Assembly (NCBI GenBank): GCA_030141605.1
Contig: JAQGDQ010000275.1
Coordinates: forward strand, 1 to 64,000
DNA from: Tubiluchus corallicola
Lineage: Eukaryota > Animalia > Priapulida
DNA length: 64,000 bases
Reading direction: 5' to 3'
In this document: positions 53,346 through 64,000 of the stretch, piece by piece
How the letters are laid out: the number at the start of each line of letters is the position of its first letter
Numbering within the stretch: position 1 is the first letter of the stretch
Made by a program: the position numbers and the translations under genes
The notes under the pieces: generated by a model
Seen by the model: the letters and a program-made list of their open reading frames with translations, nothing else
What the model was told of the DNA's origin: nothing
Database searches by the model: none

Positions 53346-55189
53346 TTTCTTTGTGCATTTCCATTAAACTCAAAGATTCTTGATTATGTCGTCATTTTGG
53401 TACGATTTAAAAACTGCAAATTTTTTAGAGCTAACAGGTTTACAATGTTTGGAGTGTTTATACCTGATGCTAATAACTTACTATATTTAATTTAGCGCCC
53501 CATTGCTGTATGCTGTACAACACAACACAAAGTTGCTAGCGGGTAGGCAAATGCCGCTAAATCCTCACTCTATTACACCAAATAATGCGCACAATTTGTA
53601 GTAGTTTTCATACCAAAACATCCTATCTTGGTATTGTTCCACGCTAAACCTTATTCATCTGAGAAAATTATGTAGGAAATTTGAAAAGCCTATAATCCTG
53701 CTGGAATTATGAGCGACGGACCGACCGTGTCAGGATGGACAAAAGTGGAAATAGTCAGAGCTGGCTTGGCAAATTCGCCGAGCTATTGTCGTTGCGAGAT
53801 TACACTCAGCTTATGTGCAGAAATCGCATCCGACATAAACATGCCAATAACCTGCCTTCCCTCAATTTTCTACATCCCAGCGAGAGTTAAACCACCTCTG
53901 AAAGTCAAAATAGTTCGAGTTTATTAAAGCCTTGTGTAATTTAGTCAAGCCTTTGTGAGTTTTTTCGACGTCAAAAGAAACAGCCGGAAAAAATTTAAAA
54001 GTGCTTGTTATTAAGTTCTCACAAAAGAGTTCGAGTAAAAGATAAGGTCTTAATTGCCTGCACGGAAAATATGCAACTAAAAATAGAACGTGTGAAAAAG
54101 GACAGTTTATTGAGCTTTCTTTTCTTTTCTATAAGTTTAGTAATAATGCATTGAGGTGTTTTCAAATGATATTCATTACAAACACCCCTTGTGTAATTCG
54201 CCATTCATTGCATTTGTGATCAAATCTCCCAGATAAAAAAACTACGGGCACCAAAACGGGAATTAATAGTCGGTTTACCGATATCGTGTGAATCATAGGT
54301 GAAGCATATACCGGGTGGCGCAGAAAAAAAGGTGTCGAAGTTTTAGACTGCAATAATATCACAAGCAAGTGCTCCACAAAATTGAAATTTCACAGTCTGA
54401 TTTTGTGATATATTGCCTTCTGCCTTTGACAGTTTGCTCAAATAAAAAAAATTAAGAAAGAACAAAAATATTTCTTCAGTAACTATTGACTTTCTGTGTT
54501 TTTGTATGTTTTTTGTTTATTTTGTTAATATATAATATACGTATATAATGTATATCTTTCTCAACTGTCGTGTGTTCGGCATTTTTGATAAACAGTTGTG
54601 TAAGACATAATGTATTATGTACGTATAAATAAAGTAATGTATATAGATTATATGTATTTCGACAAGCAGCGTATAATGTATAATACAATATATAAATAAT
54701 GCAATGTACTTATCCTCACTAGGTCTTTTTTATATAATGTACATATTACGTTATTTAATCTTCCTTGACTAACCTGCACCTCTAATCACATTCTTCTCTA
54801 TACACACCCTAATTTTATACCCTGCCTTGTCTTGCTTAACCCTTTCTCACTATCAGTTTTGTGTTTACAAGATTTTCTTTCAAAACAGTTTGAAGCATTT
54901 TATCATAAGCAATTAGTTTTTTGGCTTGTCATTTTGTAATTATTGTCTCATATCATTGAATGTACAATGTTTTTTTTGTGAGAAATATATCTAAATCTAA
55001 ATTTAATGTTACAAGTTTATAGTTTTAGTGGTTTTTAAGTTATGGCCTAAAAGCTTTTGCATGTTTAAAATTTAAATCCCGGAACACGATGTTAGTTAAT
55101 CATCAACTGAAAAATGGCTTCCTTGACATGCAAAACACCCAAAATATCGCAGCAAAGCAGTAAAGAAATCAATTAGTTTGCGTCATGGT

Positions 55190-55534
55190 TAAAGGTGATC
55201 ATCGAACGTTCGAGTTCGATTCGACCCTAAAATTATAGATTCGAATAATTCAGCAATTCATCCGCGCATGCTCTTTACCATTAAAATGTTTAAAACAGCA
55301 TGCAATTAGCACAATATAGCTGTAGTTTCTGTGCAAAAATTTAAACAAACTAATAGTGGTCTTACTGCAGAACAAAATCAAGTAATATGCACGATCTTTG
55401 TAAGACCACTTTTTACTGCTGATTAGAAAACTTGTTTGAAAATCTTTCAAACTCAATTCGAATTCGATTCGGAATCGAACACTGAAATTCGATTCGATTC
55501 GGACTCGCTTTCTGGTAGAGAATGCCCGCCACTA
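55190..55534. mobile_element. hAT-like MITE with TTCGA subterminal repeats
   Basis: 8-bp flanking duplication GTCATGGT/ATCATGGT; 3' end GCCCGCCACTA; TTCGA clusters near both ends. Confidence 0.65.
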
Positions 55535-55596
55535 ATCATGGTTTTCACCACAAGAGATAGATCACTGATAAAGATTTGTTATTAAGAAAAAAATGA

Positions 55597-55770
55597 GACT
55601 ATAGTGTATTTGGAATTCTTCAGTATGTACGACGTCTGCACAGAGTTGTTTGACGCAGAAGATCTAAAAACATGAGTCATTGAACGCTGGGACCAAATAC
55701 CCTTTAAAGGAGTGAGAAACTGCATTAGCTGTTCAAAAAAAACGCGTTCGACTCATTTGCATTGAAAACT
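55597..55770 (+). pseudogene. Tc1/mariner transposase C-terminal remnant
   Basis: DYSVFGILQ...EDLKT*VIERWDQIPFKGVRNCIS...KRVRLICIEN with a stop and frameshifts; fits the region after the SPDLNP motif. Confidence 0.6.
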
Positions 55771-57462
55771 GTATTTGTAATGCTAAACAGTTGTAATATT
55801 AAAAATATTTCCCGGCATTTATTTTTTACTTGCTGACTTAAAACTTATGTATTTTTGGAAAAGTCTAAGGGAACGACCTAAAATTTGATGTTTATGCACA
55901 ATCGTATGCAACGTCAGCGTTGTAACTTTCAAGCAATTTCGTTTTTGCTGCTTACAATATTGTAATCAAAACGTTTGCACGTTTTTTGCGCTATTTGATA
56001 AAATTATATTGTATCATTTTTACCAGACGTGTAAGAGCATAGTTCTTGTAGCGTGCAAGGTAAGTACTGTAATATCATTAACGATAAATAATTAGTGATC
56101 ATCAAGCATTGTCGGATTCAGATATTTAGACTTGCTAAGGCCTTGGCAGCTCAGCTATATATTTTGTTTACTCATAGCATTAATCTTATAACTTAATTAT
56201 TTAATCCACAAAGCAAAGCGAGGAAACGCATCCCTCCTTGTCATCCAGGAATCAGGCGCAGATACGGAGAAGCTACTTTCCATACCTATAGTACGTCAGT
56301 TGAACACCCTATTGGTTCTATAATATACCACTCATAAAATTGACAGAGTATATATTACAAATTGGGATATCTAGTCAGCCCTTTTCTCTTTTCGAATTTA
56401 TATTAAGAACCCAAATTTTAAGGAGGGTAAAAGACCGACATCTGTAATACTAACCGATTAAATATCTTGACGTAAGTCTATCAGGTATATTGAGGGTTAA
56501 GTTAGGTTTCTAATTTTTGATAAATTTAACGTTGACCGTACGGTTATATCTTGTTCTGTTATAAAATGATTCTTTCAACGCAGATTTCATTTTTGAAAAA
56601 ATAGTATGTTTCCTTTCAGTATTTCAAAAAGCAGATTGTTTTGACTTACAGTTTAACAGTGAGTTTGGTTTTACTTTAAGTTTGCACTTGACGGAGTGAG
56701 TCACAGATAACAATTATTAATGACGTTACTATTTCTCAGATATGCTGACGCCTCATAATGATGACGTAATGATTACGTCATCAAACAAACAGCTCGGCTT
56801 TTCAAAGACGGGTCTCGTTCAAATATAGTATTAAAACCTTAATAAAAGTTGATTGAACTTTGCAATAAAGTCATCAGCGTGCAATCTTGAAATGCATTAA
56901 GTAAACGCACATATATCAGTTACAGAGGCCACTAAAGCTTATAAGTAAAAAATGCTGTTCTCCTTGCTTGATAGCCATTTTAGCATTTAGAGGAGGCATG
57001 TTGCTCAGACCGTATTATCTCATCTTAAGAACTCTAAACAATAGCTAAATAGAGTACGCGGACCGCTCTAGAAAAGCTAGAGAGATATACGGATAAAATG
57101 TCAGCGAACTGCATTTGTTGGTGTCCGCATTTTTGTTTTTCTACCCCTTTTGTTCGGAAATAAAATCGACTGAATAGAAAAAGCGCAGTGAATTACTGGC
57201 CAGTTAAGATAAGTCACCGTGCTGCGTAGAGATGGCGCAGGTGATAACGTGTCAAGACGCTGCTGAACCATACCGTAATAGATTTAATCCACTTCTTCTT
57301 GTCAAGAATCTTTACAAATTTCTGACGTCAGATAACATCTTCCACGCCGCCGCTTCGACAAAACCTCAAGCTGAATGCTTTTAACAAACTTAACCCGTTG
57401 AATAACCAACCACAGTCATTTGTAGCCTAGGTTTTTTTCTGTCGGTGTGTGGTTAGTATCAA

Positions 57463-57894
57463 GGGAAAACCGGACGATTGTGTAAACATTAGTTCAGAAT
57501 AAAGAATGCTCTAGAGTCTAAAATATTGAAAACTACAACAGCTTTTTTTAAATCAAAGCTTAGATTAAATAATAATTACCTCGGATACAAACATTTTGTT
57601 AAACTCAAAGCTACGCATGGCTCACTGAATCTGCTAAGATTTTCGTGACATCACGTGTTTAAGCAGTAACACTTACGCAAACGTGCTTGAAGCGCAAGGG
57701 AAGATGCCTGCCATTGCGCAAATTATGGTTAGTTTCTGATGTAAGCAATAGCTGTGTTCGGTTGCCATTGATGAACTTTCTAAGCTAATTATTCAAATAT
57801 AGAAAACAATTACTAACTTTTATAGGCAAGAAAATGTATATTTTGGACAGAAAATTAAAATGAGATTGAGCCTAAACAGCCGTCCGGTTTTCCT
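57463..57894. mobile_element. MITE, possibly Kolobok-like
   Basis: GGAAAACCGGACGATTGTGTA / TAAACAGCCGTCCGGTTTTCCT inverted ends; TTAA at the right flank. Confidence 0.6.
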
Positions 57895-57898
57895 TTAA

Positions 57899-58382
57899 TT
57901 TATAATAATAATAAATAATAAAATTCTTTATTGCTGTTATAATTACACGTCATTTAAATTTGAACTACATTCAAAAGTGTAATCAGTGTTTCCACTCCTG
58001 CGAGCGATAGTGTTAAAAAATGAATTTTCAATTATAAAAACTCAAGTAATGTTGTAATTACTTACATAAAGACTTAAGACTCCTTTAAAACTTTAAAATT
58101 TTACAACATTTACAAATTGTTATTGAAATTAGGTGTTTTATGGACGTTTTGTGTTAGTGACTTGAGTGTTTTTTGTGTGGCGGGTTTTAATTTGTTGATG
58201 TGATGTTAATGCATGACAGGTTTTGATATGTCACTAACTACAGACTACTGGGTGAACGTTGATAATACGTGTTGTTCGATGTTGCAGAATAAACATGTTG
58301 TTTTGCGGTTTCAAATCTCTGCATGAGTATCTGACGCAAAGATATACGAAACCTCGAAATGTTATGATTAATATAAAATTAA
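57899..58382 (-). mobile_element. ~490-bp retroposon, copy 2 (inverted relative to 52061-52558)
   Basis: Colinear reverse complement including the tail. Confidence 0.8.
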
Positions 58383-58895
58383 CTGTTGACAAATCGTGTT
58401 GTTTAATGTTTTCATATTAGTTATTTTTTGAAGGCTAGTACTTACGTCAAATTAGTATAATTTTATTGAATTGGTTAAGGAAAGCCAGTGGATGAGAGTA
58501 ACTTATAATGACGATGCCAGAATAAGTGTTAAAAACATTCAACAAGAGAACAGTGAGGACAAAAATGAATAAAAAAGAACGAAGAGTCGAAAACATGAAA
58601 GCGCATAGGCCTCCCTGCACAAATTCAACATCAAAAAGCAAAGAAACCAAAACGAAAATAAAAGTAGTTTTAATGTTTACTTAAGTGCATTTGAAACTTG
58701 AAATTGTTTAAGACATTATTGTAAAACCTGCTAAAAGTTATATACGAAAGTGATTTTAGCCGAAAAAAAATTGCTATGGTACATCGATGCATTGTAATAA
58801 TTTAGGTGGAAATCAATTCAAAATTACTATAAGCTTTTTAGCTTACCGTAGTTCTTCTGCGGCCTAATGTTTTCTTTACAGTAAATGAACCGTCA

Positions 58896-59340
58896 ATCAG
58901 TTAGTCAGTCAGTCAGTCAGTCAGTCAGTCAGTCAGTCAGTCAGTCAGTCAGTCAGTCAGTCAGTCAGTCAGTCAGTCAGTCAGTCAGTCAGTCAGTCAG
59001 TCAGTCAGTCAGTCAGTCAGTCAGTCAGTCAGTCAGTCAGTCAGTCAGTCAGTCAGTCAGTCAGTCAGTCAGTCAGTCAGTCAGTCAGTCAGTGAGTCAG
59101 TCAGTCAGGCAGTCAGTCAGTCAGTCAGTCAGTGAGTTAGTCAGTCAGTCAGGCAGTCGGTCGGTTGGTCACTCAGTCAAAGGTCAGCCTTTCCCTCCCT
59201 TCATCATCAATCCCATCCCGTCCGTCCGTCCGTTCGTCCGTCCCGTCCCGTCCCGTCCCGTCCCGTCCCGTCCCGTCCCGTCCCGTCCCGTCCCGTCCCG
59301 TCCCGTCCCGTCCATCCATCCATCCATCCATCCATCCATC
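58896..59340. repeat. Compound (CAGT)n / (GTCCC)n / (ATCC)n microsatellite
   Basis: Direct reading. Confidence 0.97.
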
Positions 59341-59974
59341 TGTCTAACGAAAACCTGTCCAAATACCGCCACTGTTTACATTTTTTCAATTTTTCAATTC
59401 GTTTTTGTGCTTTGTGGGCGAAGAATGAAAAAAGCCAGTACACAAAAGCAACGGCTACGTACATATGATTTTGATCTGTAATTATGCACTCATTGACAAA
59501 GCAATAATTTTTCGGGCAAGTGTTACATTGTGAACTTATTGTTAGCAAACAATTTGAGTTGTCCTACGTCTGACTTTCAATTTCACGCATTGTAGAAAAA
59601 AAGAGATTGATCATCCATCTTGATCAGACCGTAGATCGATGCTAATCAAGAGTTAACTGCCCATCAAGTTTATCAGGGGTCCATCAAACGCTTTCAGTAG
59701 ACAATCAGTTATCATATCGCTTACTACATCTATCACTATATCTACAAGTACTGTACATACGGGCCTTTTAATATGCGCTTTTACAACACTATGTATGTAT
59801 TTATGAGCTATGTACTTGTACGCATTCGTTAGCAAGCGAATAAAGAGTAAATGTATATTAAATAAATAAATGACAAAATAAATGAATACACGAGTGAAAA
59901 AATGAATGAATGAATGAATGAATAAAATATATAAATAAATGCAAAATAAGTAAGTAAATAATTAAATAGAAAAA

Positions 59975-60007
<33 letters not shown>

Positions 60008-60203
60008 AAATAAAACTTTCAATTAATTAAATTATACAGTATACGCACACAGCCATTGTCTGCGACATACTACAGACAAATGATTAATTTTTATTAAAAT
60101 CATATGTTTGAAAGGTCATTTTTCATTTTGCTTGTATATATATCTATATCTATATATATATATATATATGAATGTTTATATATATATAAAAATGAACCAT
60201 TGA

Positions 60204-60368
60204 TCAGTCAGTCAGTCAGTCAGTCAGTCAGTCAGTCAGTCAGTCAGTCAGTCAGTCAGTCAGTCAGTCAGTCGGTCGGTCGGTCGGTCGGTCGGTCGGT
60301 CGGTCGGTCGGTCGGTCGGTCGGTCGGTCGGTCGGTCGGTCGGTCGGTCAGTCAGTCAGTCAGTCAGT
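60204..60368. repeat. (CAGT)n(CGGT)n(CAGT)n microsatellite
   Basis: Direct reading. Confidence 0.97.
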
Positions 60369-62329
60369 TTGTCAGTACATATAATATATGTACATTTTGA
60401 TCGTGACTCAGTTGTAAATTACCAGATAGATGAGTTTATATTTTCTATTTTATCCAGATATCTTAGAGTTGAAATTCTTCTTTATGTTGGCTACCGTATA
60501 CAAAGTTAGCATTCACACGTAACTGTACCTGGCAATTATTGCTAATATTATTAACGCTGTGAATACTTTATTCTGTAAACACTGAAGTGAGTATTTCATG
60601 TCAAGTCTTTTCCTTGCAAGCCAAGTTTTATGCCCTGTTATTGGCTTAATTTGCTGATTATTAAAGTGACAATAGCAAACAAATTGATTTTTACTTTACC
60701 CATCACTTTTTATAGTATCTTCTCCTAAATCAGTTTACAATTACAATTATGTTACTATGATAGCTAAGCATCGATGATTAATCTTTGTTGAGGAATACAA
60801 TTAATAATTTATGAGAATTTTTAATTAGATTTACGTAACAAGTACGTAATAACGCTAGGATGTTTTCTTCCTATAGTAAAACTTTAAATAGCAGTATGTT
60901 GTTGTCGTCGTCGTCGTTGTTGTTGTTGTTATTGTTGTTGTTGTTGATGATGATGATGATAATGATGATAAATCTTTTATTGAAGAAAATACGTATTTAC
61001 AGTATTTGCAATATATTGAGATAAACCCTTTATAAAAAACAGGATAAAACATAAAACGAAACTTTGTTACAAAACCCAATGTTTTGCAAACAAACGAGCA
61101 ACAGATTAACCACTTGTTTTGCTAATTACATTAAACTAATTTTGACCGCCTTTCTGACTTTCATTTCTTATCTGCATCAACATATCTGTCTGACTGTGCG
61201 TTATTAGGATCTGACCAGGTAGCGCCGCCCTATACCTGTTACCGTCGCAACATATAACAACCCTCCTAATAACTACTCTATTAACATCTTCTTTAACCCT
61301 ATTATCTTGGCCCAGCAGGTATTGTTTAATCTACGCGCAGCCCGATTGTCCGTCAGTGTCCGGCTCGCCGTCTGGACGCGGTCCGGCAGACGGTGTCCAG
61401 ACTCGAGTTGGCTAATTTGGGGACAAACTAATGATACATGTAAAGTGCGCAATTTGGGTGTAATTTCGTATCTGGATGGGCTCTATAGGTTGTCTTAATG
61501 CGCGTCAGATAGACCGTATCGTAATGGCTATCAGAGTAAAGCCCTCACTAATGCCACCGGATGAGCAAATTCTATTTAACTCGAAGTATTTTTTTACATC
61601 CGGTTGACCGATTAAGGCTTAATAAGGAAGCGAAAGTAGTTATACTTATTAACTACTGCTTGCTTATATGGGAGATTGTATTAGTCACATTATTTAGTGC
61701 TAGTAGTTGTTTCAATGGCGTTTCCTTCGCAAGTACCAAGTTGCAGTCCTGAAAAAGTTTTTTCAAAAACAAAATTTCAAAACCAAAATTTCTTTTGTAA
61801 GAGTTAAGAGGCGAACGAAGAAAGAGCCAGACAACATTAAACATTAAATCTACTTATTTAATTAATCAAGTCAATTAAACAGCAATAAGCAGGACTGTAG
61901 ATGATGGTTAGAGAAAAAGGATAGAGAAAATGATAGACAAATAAAGACCTGTAACTGTGGTTTGATATTTCTTGTTAAATCCTGGCCTTGAAATATATTT
62001 CATTTCAATTCAAATAAAATTTAATTCAAATTTCAGTTAAACATGAAATATAACTATGCAATTTTAAGTTAATTTGTAGGTTTCATTTCTAATCACGTAC
62101 GATAGCAAGTATTTGAATGTAAGTTATGTTAATTACTAAAAAATAGCAAAGCGCTAAGTTGTCAGTGCAGAGCAAAAACATGCAGTTCAGTCAGGACAGC
62201 ATAGGTTTAACAAAAAATACTAAAAAGCAAAGGTCCTAAAACAGGTCCTTGTAGCTCACCGGTTGCAAGTTATGCACAGGTTTTGACAGTTTATTACCTA
62301 CGTCTGGAAAAGTAACTTGTGTTTTTTTT

Positions 62330-62527
<198 letters not shown>

Positions 62528-64000
62528 GAACTGTTGAAGAGCCTATTCAACATCACTGACTGTAGTGCATAACTCTTTCATTTAAAAGCACTTTATCAAC
62601 GTATACATCTCAAAAACCAGACGGGATTAGCAATAGCTGCACAAGTACTTCTATAAAGAAGTTTAAAATTTATTTATGCTATAAGCTTGTGAGCATTATC
62701 TGCATGGGTAACTGAGAAAATAGTTAAGCTATATTAAAATGGCTAATTAATACGGTTGCATGTATGTTTTATTTGCATATTGCATAATACCAGTCAGAGT
62801 TTATATGTTCGTCTTTCTTGTCATCATCTCCATTATCTTGTCTTCCAAGTCTTGTCGCTTGTTCCCTGGGCGGGTCAGATAAAAACTTCTGAAAGGTGCG
62901 ACTAGTGAAGCACAACGCTGACTGGCAGACGTACGCCACTGATTCTGATTGTGATCAGTTTTACACAGGTGAGGTGGAGACGAATTGAGCTTATTCGATA
63001 AATTCCGTGTTCAAGTTGTGATTATACGCGTCTTGTGAAAGTAATCATTGTTGCTGCAAATGGGATACAGGCGCGAAATTTGATGCAATTTCTGTTTTTA
63101 ATGACTATCTATAAGCAATTTGCATCTCTGTAGACGCGCAACTTGTGTGATTGTAAGTATGGTACTATTAAAAAAATTATTGTCAGTGAAATATGACTTC
63201 AAAACTCAACTTGTGTGCTCATTTAAATTTTAAATTAATTAGCCATTTTAAAATTAAGGCGCATAATAAAGATTTTACCCACTGAATATAAATGCGTGTA
63301 AGTTATAAACGTTGATAACATAACGATTTAAGATTGAGATAATGATAATGATAGCTACAACGATATGATCATAATTATGTTGATAATGGCGAAAAACTAT
63401 CTATAAATCTGTACAACACTTATGTACGAGTAGATATGTATTAAGTATGACAACACATAATTCCGTAGAACTTAATTCAACTTAACATCCATTTGTCATT
63501 TTGTTAAAAAATAGAGGTAATATTAAGTTACGACCATCATTACACCATCATAAATTGAATTTACATTCAACACTATAAGGCGGTTGAAATTGCTCGTGTT
63601 CCAGCAGAGGGCTATAATTATAAGTATTATTTTTATACAGATCTGATTCGTCTATCACTTGACAATTTTTAACTTGCAAAATCACTTTTTGCACGAGCAG
63701 TGATTATACATTAATTTTAAGTAGCTCAAAGGTAAACGTGTGCCAAAATTGAAATTCATTCATGTACTAATTATAATATAAAAATACTTTACATAACGAA
63801 ACTTATATTTTTTAAGAAAATATGCATGACATATAACTGTCTACATAACAACAATGTAGAATTATATCTTAAAAAGAGCATAGCGTCTACTAAAGTCTAC
63901 TAAACGATTTACTAATTGAACGTACGTGTAACTGTATAGCGAATTTTCTTGAATTATTTTGAATTTTCGAATTAAATATTAGTTATCGAACAATCATATT

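Overview
AT-rich, microsatellite- and transposon-rich animal (probably invertebrate) genomic DNA with spliceosomal GT-AG introns; not prokaryotic and no CRISPR. Most long ORFs in the track are microsatellite artefacts. Two real protein-coding loci can be assembled by hand. (1) An FGD-family RhoGEF: seven coding exons on the minus strand (14805 to 8217) encode the N-terminus and most of the DH domain. The next three DH exons lie on the PLUS strand (1950-3644), with matching phases and no overlap or gap, so one protein domain is split across opposite strands. This is the standout observation: an assembly or real inversion, or trans-splicing. (2) Two exons (45678-45834, 47687-47835) of a class B (secretin-family) GPCR covering TM3-TM5; I could not find its other exons, and the second exon's splice donor is amplified by a 74-bp minisatellite. 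The rest is repeats: two 49-bp minisatellites, several MITE families, a non-autonomous Helitron, LINE 3' ends, a Tc1/mariner remnant, a foldback carrying Penelope-type minimal hammerhead motifs, and a truncated 5S rRNA copy fused to an ~830-bp tetranucleotide array. All calls were made by eye without database searches.
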